Position numbers and translations under genes: made by a program
The notes under the pieces: model-generated
What the model was told of the DNA's origin: nothing
Database searches by the model: none
Seen by the model: the letters and a program-made list of their open reading frames with translations, nothing else
Part shown: positions 34,001 through 34,832 of the stretch, piece by piece
How the letters are laid out: each line of letters begins with the position of its first letter
Numbering within the stretch: position 1 is the first letter of the stretch
Sequence record: DRR378314_837
Direction: 5' to 3' (one strand)
Length of the DNA stretch: 34,832 nt

Positions 34001-34021
34001 AATGTCCGCCTTGCGGACATT
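34001..34021. promoter_or_regulatory. IclR-type operator 2
   Basis: AATGTCCGC-CTT-GCGGACATT, perfect 9-bp arms, 12 bp before a TTGACA hexamer (34034-34039) facing the IclR gene. Confidence 0.75.
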
Positions 34022-34099
34022 AAGACTGCATGATTGACATTTATCGACAGCAAGCTGCAAAATCAATCTGTCCAAAAACCTCGAACGAGGCAGAAATCG

Positions 34100-34832
34100 G
34101 TGAAGACAACAGACAATCAGGGCGATTTTCAGATCGTAATAGACCCGATGAATGCGGCGGGCGAGCAGGAGAAGGACCGGCAGTTTGTAACTGCGTTGGC
34201 GAGAGGGCTTGAACTACTACGCTGCTTCACTCCAAGCGAGAGTGCCCTAAGCAACCTCGATCTGGCTAGGAAGTCGGGGCTGCCACGCCCCACTGTTAGT
34301 CGGCTCACGCATACTCTCGCCCGGCTGGGCTATCTGCGCCCTCTATCACGAGGGAAGTATCAATTGGATGTGGGCGTTATGGCCTTTGGCTATTCCATGC
34401 TATCCAACCTGCCGATTCGTGCGATTGCCCAACCTTTGATGGTAAATCTCGCCGACGAAGTCGGTGCGACAGTGGCCATGTCTGCCCGAGATCGCCTAGA
34501 TATGGTTTATCTAGATGTGGTTCAGAGTTCTCTACGTTCCACCATCCGTCGCCAAACTGGTACGCGTCTTCCCCTTCACCAAAGCTCGGCGGGACGTGCC
34601 TATTTGGCTGCTCTACCTCCACAAGAGGCAGACACGCTAATGGACCACCTGCGGGAGTCTTATCCCGGCGACTGGCCTGTTATTCGCAAAGCACTAGAAC
34701 GTGCTTTTCGAGACTACGCCGATTACGGCTACTGTTTGTCGATTGGAGAATGGCAACGAAAAGTGAATGCCGTTGCGGTGCCCCTCCATCACCCGCAGTT
34801 GGGAATTCTGTCGTTCAACTGTGGTGGCCCTG
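34100..34832 (+). CDS. IclR family transcriptional regulator; C-terminus lies outside the window
   Basis: Not in the ORF track. From GTG 34100 (GAGG RBS; alternative ATG 34148): ...DPMNAAGEQEKDRQFVTALARGLELLRCF...LARKSGLPRPTVSRLTHTLARLGYL...GTRLPLHQSSAGRAYLA...GYCLSIGEW...NAVAVP, open to the edge. Confidence 0.94.
   Translation, partial: MKTTDNQGDFQIVIDPMNAAGEQEKDRQFVTALARGLELLRCFTPSESALSNLDLARKSGLPRPTVSRLTHTLARLGYLRPLSRGKYQLDVGVMAFGYSMLSNLPIRAIAQPLMVNLADEVGATVAMSARDRLDMVYLDVVQSSLRSTIRRQTGTRLPLHQSSAGRAYLAALPPQEADTLMDHLRESYPGDWPVIRKALERAFRDYADYGYCLSIGEWQRKVNAVAVPLHHPQLGILSFNCGGP

Noticed and set aside
34030-34622. Track ORFs 34030-34212 (+) and 34377-34622 (-)
   Set aside because: They are alternative or antisense frames of the real IclR gene starting at 34100.
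1-34832. rRNA, tRNA, riboswitches, IS elements, integrases, phage or defence genes
   Set aside because: None were recognised by eye; a covariance-model (Rfam/tRNAscan) search would be needed to exclude small RNAs in the longer intergenic gaps.

Overview
This is a gene-dense catabolic region of a gammaproteobacterium; a Halomonadaceae (Halomonas/Vreelandella-like) origin is inferred from protein style and gene content and is not proven. I found no rRNA, tRNA, CRISPR array, transposase, integrase or phage gene. It has four blocks. (1) Aromatic amino acid and 2-oxo acid catabolism (1-8670): a partial fused indolepyruvate:ferredoxin oxidoreductase, two Lrp regulators, an orphan TRAP DctP, a DUF6455-like Cys protein behind an FNR box, an NSS transporter behind PhhR/TyrR boxes, phhR, hppD and a Rieske ferredoxin. 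(2) An IclR, FAD oxidoreductase and NhaC-family unit, plus a YihY gene (8727-13436). (3) A DctB/DctD-type two-component system with a TAXI-TRAP transporter whose sigma54 promoter, IHF site and paired enhancer boxes can be read from the sequence (13528-20151). (4) A 3-oxoadipate/dicarboxylate hub (20268-34832): an unexplained divergon (3-hydroxyacyl-CoA dehydrogenase and cyclase-family hydrolase versus AtoE-family transporter, YciI and catC), pcaIJ-pcaF-pcaD, aroQ, nfsA, a dca-like beta-oxidation operon and an IclR regulator. Two gene scars missing from the ORF track were found: the 5' end of a pcaR-like gene (29177-29248) and the 3' end of etfA (30157-30234). The best candidate for an undescribed system is the 20268-24375 divergon. 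It appears to share an operator type with the distal beta-oxidation operon and may funnel an unknown substrate into 3-oxoadipyl-CoA. All family assignments come from motif recognition, not database searches.
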